This document shows positions 19,536 through 27,335 of a stretch of 64,000 nucleotides of DNA, one piece after another (within the stretch, counting starts at the first letter, position 1; the number at the start of each line of letters is the position of its first letter). This stretch comes from Vicinamibacterales bacterium (GTDB lineage: Bacteria; Acidobacteriota; Vicinamibacteria; Vicinamibacterales; UBA2999), in NCBI GenBank assembly GCA_050250875.1, contig JBFWNV010000002.1:384334-448333 (forward strand), given 5' to 3'. A program made the position numbers and the translations under genes. Below the pieces are notes generated by a model. That model was not told the DNA's origin. It made no database searches and saw only the letters and a program-made list of their open reading frames with translations.

Positions 19536-19856
19536 ATGCCGATCTCGGGCCGGTTCGTGGCCGTGGGCCGCGCCGAGACGTTCGGTCCGGGCGGACACTT
19601 CGTGAAGGTCGAGGGCCGTCATGTCGCGCTGTTCCGGCTGGCTGACGGGTTCCACGCCCTCGACAACCTGTGCCTGCACCACGCCGGGCCGCTGTGCGAG
19701 GGCCGGATCGACGCCGCCGACGTCGTGACGTGCCCGTGGCACGGCTGGAGCTACGAGATTCGCTCGGGTCGGCTGACCCAGGACCGCAGCGTCGGGGTGA
19801 GCCGGCACGACGTCAGGGTCGCGGACGGCGAGGTGCAGGTGCGGTTGAGCGAGTGA
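19536..19856 (+). CDS. Small Rieske [2Fe-2S] protein (NirD-like)
   Basis: CLH-x17-CPWH Rieske ligand pattern. 106 aa with no signal peptide. Starts 2 nt after the peptidase stop. Confidence 0.8.
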   Translation: MPISGRFVAVGRAETFGPGGHFVKVEGRHVALFRLADGFHALDNLCLHHAGPLCEGRIDAADVVTCPWHGWSYEIRSGRLTQDRSVGVSRHDVRVADGEVQVRLSE

Positions 19857-19948
19857 CGACCGACCGAGCTGGCCGTGCGACGCTCGCGGGGCCAGGCATG
19901 GCGCCGTTCACCGGGAAGCGCGCCGCCAAATAGCCCCACCGCGGCCGC

Positions 19949-22447
19949 TCAATACGCGGCCAGCAACCGGGCCGCGCGCTCGATCTCCGCCGCGCTGACG
20001 AGGTACTGCTCCTCGAGCGGTGGTGCGTACGGCACCGGGGTGTCGAGCGCGCCGAGCACGCGCACCGGCGCATCGAGCCACTCGAACGCCTCTTCCTGCA
20101 CGATCGCCGCCACGCTCTCGCCGATGCCGCCGGTGCGCGAGTCCTCGTGCACGACGAGCACGCGGCCGCAGTGCTTCGCCACGGCGAGCACGGCCTCGCG
20201 ATCGAGCGGCGCCAGCGTCCGCAGATCGAGCACCGCGGCGTCGATGCCATCGCCGGCGAGCGTTTCGGCGACGCGCAGGCACTCGTGCACGTAAGCGCCG
20301 TAGGAGATCATCGCCAGCGTGCGGCCGGCGCGACGCAACGCCGCCCGGCCGATCGGGCAGGGCGACGGCGGGGACGCCGCGTCGCCGAGCACCTGCTTGA
20401 TGCGTGGGTCGCGATAGAGCGCGATGTGCTCGTAGTAGAGCACCGGGTCGGGGTCGGCAACGGCCGCGGCCAGCAGCCCGCGGGCATCCTCCGGCGTCGA
20501 TGGCACGACGATCTTGAGGCCCGGCGTCCGGTAGAACCACGGCTCGGTGTTCTGGCTGTGATACGGGCCGGCGTAGCGCAGGCCGCCCCACGGCATCCGC
20601 ACCACCATCGGCACCTCGCCACCCCAGCGGTAGCGGATCTTGGCGGCGTTGTTGACCAGCTGGTTGAAGCCGGTGGCGACGAAGTCGTTGAACTGCATCT
20701 CGCCGATCGGCCGCTGGCCGGCCAGCGCCGCGCCGACACACACCCCGACCACCGCGCCTTCGGCGAGCGGTGAGTTGAGGATGCGATCGCCGAACTCGGC
20801 CAGCAGCGGCCGGAGCAGCAGGAAGGCGTTGCCGTAGACGCCGCCGACGTCCTGGCCGTAGACGAAGGCGCGCGGGTCGGCGCGCAGTGCGTCGCCGACG
20901 CCGAGCATCACCGCCTCGAGAAGCGTCGCGCCCTTCTTGTCGAACGGCGCCATCGGCGCGAGTGGCGGCAGCGGCGGCGCCGCCACTCCGACGGCGCGGC
21001 GCCCGGGCTCCAGCACTTCAACGCGGGTTCGCGGCGATTCGTCCTTGAACACACCGACGCCGGCCTCGGGTGGCTCCGGCCATGGCTCGGCGATCACCCG
21101 CCGCGCCTGGGCGTCGACCAGCGCCTCGGCCCAGCGCTGCAGCCGGCCCAGCTCGGTGCCGTTGATCACCCGTTCCGCCTCGAGCCGCGCCGCGTAGCGG
21201 GCGATTGGATCGCGCGCGCTCCAGAACGCGTAGCGCTCGGGGTCGGCGTAGCCGCTCTCGTGGAGCGGCGGGTACTCCCACGACGGCTGCGGGTCCTTGC
21301 CGAGGTACAGCATGTCGTCGTGATGGGCGTGCCCGCACATCCGCATCGAGACGAGCTCGATGAGCGTCGGACCGGCCCCGGCGCGGGCCCGGTCGGCGGC
21401 CCAGGTGAACGCCGCCGCCACCGCCTCGGCATCGGTGCCATCCGCCGTCACGCCGGGGACGCCGTAGCCGATCGCCTTGTCGGCGAAGACGCGGACGGCC
21501 GACGTCTCCGGGACGGGCGTCGACAGCGCCGTCTGGTTGTTCTCGACGCAGAACACCGCCGGCAGGCGACGGGCCGCGCACAGATTGATCGCCTCGTGCC
21601 ATTCGCCGAGCGAGCTGCCGCCTTCGCCGATGAACGCGAACGCCACCCGGCCGGCCTGCTGCTGCCAGAACGCCATCGCCATTCCGGCGACGGTCAGCGC
21701 GCCGATCGCCAGCGGCGCGGTGGCGGGCAGCACGCCCCACGCGAAGTCGCCGACGTGGAGGTCCTTGCCGTGCATCGGCGGGCCGCCCTTGCCCATCTGG
21801 GCGCGCAGCACCGCCGCGACGGCGTCCTCGTCGCCACGCATCGCCAGCGCCACGCCAAGGTCGCGAATCACCGGCGCGACGACGTCGCCGTTCCAGGTCC
21901 CGTCGGCCGACCGGTAGCGCGGGCCGCGCTTCAGACGAATCCCGGCGGCGTAGATCGCCTCCTGCCCCAGCGACCGGAAACCCTTGCCCTGGAATGCCTT
22001 GGTGCCCCAGCGCACCTCGCCGCCGGCGAAGAACTGCTTCAGTCGGTTGTCCACCGCGCGGGTCAAGCACATCCCGCGCAGAATCTCCTTGCGCTCGTCG
22101 CTGGTGAGCGAGGCGGCGATCGCCTCGCGGTACAGGAAGCCGTCGCACGCCTCGAGAATCTGCGCCCGTGCCTGCTCGAGCCGGCGAACCGCCGAGACCC
22201 CGGGCGTGGTCTCGTCGAGGCCCTCGGGGGCGGTGACGGCGTGATAGAGCCGGCTGGCCAGTTCGCGCCTGAACAGCGGGCGCAGGCTGTCGAGCCCGGC
22301 CCGATCGCGTGGCTTGAGCTTGCCGCCGCCGGCGGCGTCGAAGACGTCGAGCACGAGGTGGACGAGCGCGGGGTGCTGTTCGGCCACGAACGCGCCGAAG
22401 CGCGACGCGAGGCCGGTGGCGCGGGCGGCCGTGACCGGGCGGGACAT
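19949..22447 (-). CDS. Fused E1 alpha/beta subunit of a TPP-dependent 2-oxoacid dehydrogenase
   Basis: 832 aa. N-terminal half has the E1-alpha TPP motif (IGEGGSSLGEWHEAINLCAARRLPAVFCVENNQTA). C-terminal half is transketolase-like E1-beta (FGDRILNSPLAEGAVVG...). Confidence 0.85.
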   Translation of the reverse strand: MSRPVTAARATGLASRFGAFVAEQHPALVHLVLDVFDAAGGGKLKPRDRAGLDSLRPLFRRELASRLYHAVTAPEGLDETTPGVSAVRRLEQARAQILEACDGFLYREAIAASLTSDERKEILRGMCLTRAVDNRLKQFFAGGEVRWGTKAFQGKGFRSLGQEAIYAAGIRLKRGPRYRSADGTWNGDVVAPVIRDLGVALAMRGDEDAVAAVLRAQMGKGGPPMHGKDLHVGDFAWGVLPATAPLAIGALTVAGMAMAFWQQQAGRVAFAFIGEGGSSLGEWHEAINLCAARRLPAVFCVENNQTALSTPVPETSAVRVFADKAIGYGVPGVTADGTDAEAVAAAFTWAADRARAGAGPTLIELVSMRMCGHAHHDDMLYLGKDPQPSWEYPPLHESGYADPERYAFWSARDPIARYAARLEAERVINGTELGRLQRWAEALVDAQARRVIAEPWPEPPEAGVGVFKDESPRTRVEVLEPGRRAVGVAAPPLPPLAPMAPFDKKGATLLEAVMLGVGDALRADPRAFVYGQDVGGVYGNAFLLLRPLLAEFGDRILNSPLAEGAVVGVCVGAALAGQRPIGEMQFNDFVATGFNQLVNNAAKIRYRWGGEVPMVVRMPWGGLRYAGPYHSQNTEPWFYRTPGLKIVVPSTPEDARGLLAAAVADPDPVLYYEHIALYRDPRIKQVLGDAASPPSPCPIGRAALRRAGRTLAMISYGAYVHECLRVAETLAGDGIDAAVLDLRTLAPLDREAVLAVAKHCGRVLVVHEDSRTGGIGESVAAIVQEEAFEWLDAPVRVLGALDTPVPYAPPLEEQYLVSAAEIERAARLLAAY

Positions 22448-22455
22448 CGGCTTCG

Positions 22456-22461
22456 ATTCTA
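22456..22461 (-). promoter_or_regulatory. -10 box TAGAAT (minus strand), 8 nt upstream of the E1 start codon
   Basis: The minus strand reads gCTAGAATCGAagccgATG. The decamer CTAGAATCGA is identical to the one at 24568-24577. Confidence 0.35.
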
Positions 22462-22490
22462 GCGGCTGGCGGCTGGCAGCTAGCGGCTAG
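22460..22490. repeat. Heptanucleotide tandem array TAGCGGC-TGGCGGC-TGGCAGC-TAGCGGC-TAG
   Basis: Read directly from the sequence. It is the inverted complement of the arrays at 22581-22643 and occupies the -35/spacer region of the E1 promoter. Confidence 0.8.
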
Positions 22491-22534
22491 ATTGGCCACG
22501 CGTCACGCTGCCACGGCGTCGGCGTCAAGACAAA

Positions 22535-22562
22535 GGGCCCGGTCGGGAATCCCGCCGGGCCC
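22535..22562 (-). terminator. GC-rich hairpin GGGCCCGGTCGGG-AAT-CCCGCCGGGCCC, followed by TTTG on the minus strand
   Basis: 12-bp stem with one bulge. Lies about 90 nt downstream of the M20 gene stop, with a T-run on the transcribed strand. Confidence 0.55.
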
Positions 22563-22580
22563 TCTCCGTGTGCCAGCTCT

Positions 22581-22643
22581 CTAGCCGCTAGCCGCTAGCC
22601 GCTTCAAGCGTCTTGGTGCCGCCAGCCGCCAGCCGCCAGCCGC
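22581..22643. repeat. Two heptamer arrays: (CTAGCCG)x3 at 22581-22601 and (GCCAGCC)x3 at 22621-22641
   Basis: Perfect triple tandem repeats read directly from the sequence, in inverted orientation relative to 22460-22490. Confidence 0.85.
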
Positions 22644-22651
22644 TGAGCGCG

Positions 22652-24337
22652 TCAGTTCTGCGTGCTGCCGCCGCGCACCGTCGGATAGCTGTAGCCGAAC
22701 TCGGCTTTCATCTGGTCGAGATACGTCTTGTGCTTGGTCGGGTCGAAGTAGTACTTGCGCATGTCCGGGCGATAGCGGTCCATGATGCCCTTGTTCAGGT
22801 GGATCGCCGGCTTGTCACCCGGGCGCAGCAGCGGCGTGTACTTGCGGTTCTTGGTCTGAACGTTGACGAAGTAGTCCTTCGCCTGCGTCACCAGCTCGGG
22901 CCGCATCATGAACTCCAGCAGGGTCATCGCCTGGGCCTTGGCCCCGGCGTTGACGCCCTTGTGGGCAATCGGCGTCGCCATCGGGATGGCGTTGGCCCAG
23001 TTGTGGCCGGGCCCGGCCTGGAAGTTCGAGGGAAACGACAGCGACACCGTCGGCACGTTCCACGAGATGTCGCCGATGTCGTCGGAGCCGCCGCCGCGCT
23101 TGTCCTCTTCCGGCATCGACTCGCGGCCCCGCAGCTCGGGAATCTGGGTCGCCAGGCCGACGACCGGCACGTTCAGCTCCTTCTGGGTGGCCCGGGCCAG
23201 CGTCAGGTCGGCCTCGCTCCAAGTGGGCAGCCCGACCTGCTTGATGTTGGCGTAGAGCGTCTCGGCCATCGTCCGGTTCATGTGCGACGGCCACGCCGAG
23301 CCGAGCACTCGCGAGGTCCATTTGGTGTTGGTCATCAGCGCCGCGCCCTCGGCCATCTTGTCGCCGATGTCCCACATGTTCTTGATCGCCTCGTAGCTGG
23401 TCTCGCGGAAGTAGTACCAGACTCCGGCGTTGCGGGGAACGACATTGGGCTGGTCGCCGCCGTTGGTGACCACGTAGTGCGAGCGCTGCTGCAGCCGCAG
23501 GTGTTCGCGGCGGTAGTTCCAGCCGACGTTCATCAGCTCGACGGCGTCGAGGGCGCTGCGCCCGCGCCACGGCGCGCCGGCGCTGTGGGCGGTCTCGCCC
23601 TCGAACATGTACTCCAGCGAGATGAGGCCGTTGCCGCCGCTCTCGCCCCACGACGTCGACAGGTTCGACCCGACGTGGTTGTACATGACCAGGTCGACGT
23701 CCTTGAACAGCCCTTCACGCACGTAGTAGGCCTTGGTGCCAAGCTGCTCCTCGGCAACGCCCGGCCAGATGAGAATCGTGCCCGGCAGCTTCTCGCGCTC
23801 CATGATCCGCTTGACGGCGATGGCCGCCACGATGTTGAGCGGCGTGCCTGAGTTGTGGCCTTCGCCGTGGCCCGGGGCGCCGTCGACGATCTGGTCGCGG
23901 TAGGCCACGCCCGGCTTCTGCGACGCCTGCGGGATGCAGTCGACGTCGGAGCCGAGCGCGATCACCGGGCGGCCCGAGCCCCACCTGGCGACCCAGGCGG
24001 TCGGAATGCCGGCCACCCCGTTTTCCACGGTGAAGCCGTTGTCCTTCAGGATGCCGCCCAGGTAGCGCTGCGTCTCGAACTCCTGGAAGCCGAGTTCGCC
24101 GTAGCTGAACACCATGTCGGTCATCACCTGACCGAAGTCGTACATGCCGTTCACGTCGGCCATCACCTGGGCCTTCAGCGCGGCGACCCGCGGATCGACC
24201 TTGGCGGCCGCCGCGCGAGGCGCGGCCTGGGCCGCGGGCGGCGAATCGGCGGCCCGAAGGTGGGCCTGCGGCATCACGGCGGCCAGGGTGAGCGCGACAC
24301 CCGTGGCCGAACACCAGAGAATTGTCGTTCGAGTCAT
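22652..24337 (-). CDS. M20-family amidohydrolase (AbgB-like), secreted
   Basis: ATG 24337. Signal peptide MTRTTILWCSATGVALTLAAVMPQAHLRA. Motifs GSDVDCIP, GHGEGHNSG and FEGETAHSAGAPW. The track ORF (to 24937) carries a spurious upstream extension. Confidence 0.8.
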   Translation of the reverse strand: MTRTTILWCSATGVALTLAAVMPQAHLRAADSPPAAQAAPRAAAAKVDPRVAALKAQVMADVNGMYDFGQVMTDMVFSYGELGFQEFETQRYLGGILKDNGFTVENGVAGIPTAWVARWGSGRPVIALGSDVDCIPQASQKPGVAYRDQIVDGAPGHGEGHNSGTPLNIVAAIAVKRIMEREKLPGTILIWPGVAEEQLGTKAYYVREGLFKDVDLVMYNHVGSNLSTSWGESGGNGLISLEYMFEGETAHSAGAPWRGRSALDAVELMNVGWNYRREHLRLQQRSHYVVTNGGDQPNVVPRNAGVWYYFRETSYEAIKNMWDIGDKMAEGAALMTNTKWTSRVLGSAWPSHMNRTMAETLYANIKQVGLPTWSEADLTLARATQKELNVPVVGLATQIPELRGRESMPEEDKRGGGSDDIGDISWNVPTVSLSFPSNFQAGPGHNWANAIPMATPIAHKGVNAGAKAQAMTLLEFMMRPELVTQAKDYFVNVQTKNRKYTPLLRPGDKPAIHLNKGIMDRYRPDMRKYYFDPTKHKTYLDQMKAEFGYSYPTVRGGSTQN

Positions 24338-24568
24338 ACCGGCCTCCGACCTCGTGGGACCGTCCGGGCGGGGGCGATCGGGCGAGGACGGGCGAATTAT
24401 GGCACCGATGACGCGTCCGCCGGCCCTGATGCGCAATGACCCCTGCTCGCGGCGGGCATCCAGAGCGACCGAGGCCGCCGGCCGCCCGGTCGCTGGCGGC
24501 GAACGCCCGTCGGTCGAGCCGGCGCGACCAGCCATTGCCCCGCCGCCACTGCCGGCGGGGCCGGGGTC

Positions 24569-24574
24569 TAGAAT
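24569..24574 (+). promoter_or_regulatory. -10 box TAGAAT, 6 nt upstream of ATG 24581
   Basis: The sequence reads gtCTAGAATCGAccgATG, sharing a decamer with the E1 promoter. Confidence 0.35.
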
Positions 24575-24580
24575 CGACCG

Positions 24581-26428
24581 ATGGGCGTCGTCAGCGCCGC
24601 CGAAGTGCTCAACCTGGTGGGGTTCCTCACCGGGGCGGCGCTCTTCGCCATGCTCCTCGCCCTGGTACGCCGGGGCCGGGCCGGGGCCGACGCACCCGAC
24701 ACACTGCCGCTCGCCACCGCCGTCCTCGGCCTCACCTGGAATCTCGGCGAGCTGGCCGACTACCTGTCGAGCCGGCTGGGGTTTCACGGCGCAGAACCGG
24801 CGCTCAACATCCTGTCCTTCGCCGCCCTCGCGGTCCTGGCTGCGGTGGTCGTGCACTCGGTGGCGCGGGGCCTTCCGCACCGTCGCCCGATCACGGTGGC
24901 GGCCTACGCCGGATCGGGAGCGGCCATCAGCCTGCACGTCTGGGCCATCGCCACCGGCGATCCCCTGCCGTCACCCGCCGCGTTTGCGATGCTGACCGTG
25001 GCGTTCGGCGCGCTCAGCGTGCCGCTGGCCGTCGCCACGCGGACACAGACCAACGGCCGGCGCGCGCTGTGGATCCTGGCGCTGGCACTGTTCGCCGTCT
25101 CGGCCAACCACCTCGGCCACTTCCACGACGAGGCCGGGGGCTGGGTCGCGGAGTTGCTCGGCCACCACGCGGTGCTGCCACTCGCGTTCGCCATCCTCTA
25201 CCAGGAGTACCGCTTCGCACTCGCCGACCTCTTCCTCAAACGGGCGTTGACGCTCCTGGCCGTGGTCGCCCTGGCGATGGCGGCCTATGCGGCGATCGCC
25301 GTCGTGCCGCCCGGGCCGGTGGCGGTGGCCCTGCTCCTCGGCGCCTGGGTGCTGACCGCCGTGGTGTATCCGGCGCTGCGGCGGGCAATTGCCAGCTTCG
25401 TCGATTACGCCCTCCTCGGCCGCGAGGACTTCGGGCGGCTGCGCGGTGAACTCGCCCGGACGCTGCCCGACTGTGACACGGTGGAGAGCGTGCTGCACCG
25501 CACCGCCGAGGTCGTCGCCCGGGCGGCCAACGCCGAACGCGTGTGGTGGGCCGATCCGGTATCACCGCCGGCCGACGAGCCGCGGGTCACCGCTGAGGTC
25601 GCCGTGCCGACGACGGAGCGGCCGACGTTCGTCCTGCGCATCGGCGCGCTGGCCGGCGGGCGCCGGCTGCTCTCGGACGATCGCGTCTTTCTCGACGCGG
25701 CGGCCCTGGCGGCAGCACGGCGGATCGACGCTGTGCGCCTGTCGCTCGAGCGCTTCGAGCAACGACTCCGCCAGGAGGAGATGGAGCGGCTCGCCGCCGA
25801 GGCCGAACTGCGCGCGCTGCGGTCGCAGATCAACCCGCACTTCCTGTTCAACACGCTGACCACGATCGGCTACCTGATCGAAATGGCGCCGCCGCGCGCC
25901 ACCCGTACGCTGCTGCGCCTCACCTCGCTGTTGCGCAGCGTGCTCCGATCCGAGGGCGAGTTCACCACGCTGGGCCGCGAGATCGAACTGGTCGAGCACT
26001 ATCTCGAGATCGAGCGGGAGCGCTTCGAGGAGCGGCTGCGGGTGACCATCGACGTGCCGCCGGCCCTGCGGTCGCTGCAGGTGCCGTGCCTGCTCGTCCA
26101 GCCCCTGGTCGAGAACGCGGTGAAGCACGGCATCGCCCGGGCGATTCGTGGCGGCGACGTCCGCGTCGAGGCCCGCCTCGACGCCTCGAGCGGCACGCAG
26201 ACGCTGGTGCTGGCGGTCCGCAACACCGGCGCGCCGCTGTCCGCCGACCTCGACGGCCGCTCCGGGGGCGTCGGCCTGGCCAACGTCGAGCGCCGCCTCG
26301 CCGGCCACTACGGCGCGGCGGCAACGCTGACGCTCTCGGTGGCCCACGGCGTGACCACTGCCGAGATCCGGCTGCCGGCCACGACCGCGACGCTGCCCGC
26401 GGCCGACCAGCGGCGGGCGATCGGGTGA
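24581..26428 (+). CDS. LytS/YehU-family sensor histidine kinase with polytopic N-terminal sensor domain
   Basis: About 7 predicted hydrophobic helices, followed by the His_kinase signature LRSQINPHFLFNTLTTIGYLI and an HATPase region (LLVQPLVENAVKHG...GGVGLANVERRL). Confidence 0.85.
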   Translation: MGVVSAAEVLNLVGFLTGAALFAMLLALVRRGRAGADAPDTLPLATAVLGLTWNLGELADYLSSRLGFHGAEPALNILSFAALAVLAAVVVHSVARGLPHRRPITVAAYAGSGAAISLHVWAIATGDPLPSPAAFAMLTVAFGALSVPLAVATRTQTNGRRALWILALALFAVSANHLGHFHDEAGGWVAELLGHHAVLPLAFAILYQEYRFALADLFLKRALTLLAVVALAMAAYAAIAVVPPGPVAVALLLGAWVLTAVVYPALRRAIASFVDYALLGREDFGRLRGELARTLPDCDTVESVLHRTAEVVARAANAERVWWADPVSPPADEPRVTAEVAVPTTERPTFVLRIGALAGGRRLLSDDRVFLDAAALAAARRIDAVRLSLERFEQRLRQEEMERLAAEAELRALRSQINPHFLFNTLTTIGYLIEMAPPRATRTLLRLTSLLRSVLRSEGEFTTLGREIELVEHYLEIERERFEERLRVTIDVPPALRSLQVPCLLVQPLVENAVKHGIARAIRGGDVRVEARLDASSGTQTLVLAVRNTGAPLSADLDGRSGGVGLANVERRLAGHYGAAATLTLSVAHGVTTAEIRLPATTATLPAADQRRAIG

Positions 26429-27207
26429 CCGTGGCGACGACCTTGCGCACGCTCATCGCCGACGACGAGCGGCCGGCCCGCCGCTTCCTGGCCAACCTGC
26501 TGGCCGCATGCCCTGGCGTCGAGATCGTCGGCGAGGCCGCCAACGGCCGGGAGGCCGTCGAGCTCATCGAGCAGCTCAAGCCCGACCTCGCGTTACTCGA
26601 CCTCCAGATGCCCGAGCTGGGCGGCCTCGACGCCGCCCGTCTCGTCGCGGCCGGCGCGTTGCCGGCGATCGTCTTCGTCACCGCGTTCGACGACTACGCG
26701 GTCGAGGCGTTCGAGCTGAACGCGGTCGACTACCTGCTCAAACCCGTCGAACAGGAGCGGCTCCAGGCAGCGGTGGATCGGGCCCGCACGCGGATCCGCG
26801 CCGCCGTCGCTGAACGGGTCCGCACGGTGTCGGCGGCGGCCGCCGCCGTCGACGCCGCGACGCGGCGCGCCTACCTGGAGCGCATCCCCGTACGCCGGCG
26901 CGACGAGGTGGTGCTGCTGCCCGTGCGGCAGATCGCCTCGATCGTGGCCGAGGGCGAGCTGCTGCACCTGACCACGGTGGCCAACGAACGCTACACCATC
27001 GCCCACCGCCTCCACGCGCTCGAGGCCCGCCTCGATCCGCGCCGCTTCGTGCGGCTGGGACGCGGCACGCTGGTGGCGGTGGACCTCATCCAGCGCTTCA
27101 CGCCGATGCCGGGCGGCACCTACGAGGTCACGCTCAGCAACGGCCAGACGCTGCAGGCCAGCCGCATCCAGTCGAAGGTGCTGCGCGAGACGTTGTTGCG
27201 ACTTTGA
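26425..27207 (+). CDS. LytR/AlgR-family response regulator (receiver + LytTR DNA-binding domain)
   Basis: GTG 26425 overlaps the kinase stop (GTGA). Receiver domain LIADDERPARRFL...DLALLDLQMPELGG. LytTR domain ERIPVRRRDEVVLLPVRQIASIVAEGELLHL...FVRLGRGTLV. Confidence 0.85.
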   Translation: MTVATTLRTLIADDERPARRFLANLLAACPGVEIVGEAANGREAVELIEQLKPDLALLDLQMPELGGLDAARLVAAGALPAIVFVTAFDDYAVEAFELNAVDYLLKPVEQERLQAAVDRARTRIRAAVAERVRTVSAAAAAVDAATRRAYLERIPVRRRDEVVLLPVRQIASIVAEGELLHLTTVANERYTIAHRLHALEARLDPRRFVRLGRGTLVAVDLIQRFTPMPGGTYEVTLSNGQTLQASRIQSKVLRETLLRL

Positions 27208-27307
27208 GATCGGTGGATCGCGTGATCGGGTGTTCGGTTGATCGATCTGACGATCTGTCGATCGGCTGATCAGTTGATCGACCGATAGAGCGCCAGATCA
27301 CCAGATC
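27208..27307. repeat. GATC-saturated intergenic tract (11 GATC sites in 100 bp)
   Basis: Counted by hand: gaGATCgg, gGATCgc, tGATCgg, tGATCGATCtg, cGATCtg, cGATCgg, tGATCag, tGATCga, aGATCac, aGATCag. Shares ACCGATAGA and CCAGATCA words with the tract at 46158-46250. Confidence 0.8.
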
Positions 27308-27323
27308 AGCCGTTCACCAGATG

Positions 27324-27329
27324 TAATAT
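27324..27329 (+). promoter_or_regulatory. -10 box TAATAT, 6 nt upstream of ATG 27336
   Basis: The sequence reads atgTAATATctgcccATG, with no Shine-Dalgarno sequence, which is leaderless-type geometry. Confidence 0.35.
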
Positions 27330-27335
27330 CTGCCC

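Noticed and set aside
22459-27307. Heptamer arrays and GATC tracts as a CRISPR array
   Set aside because: The repeat units are 7-16 nt and directly abutting, with no unique spacers of about 30 nt, and there are no cas genes in the window.
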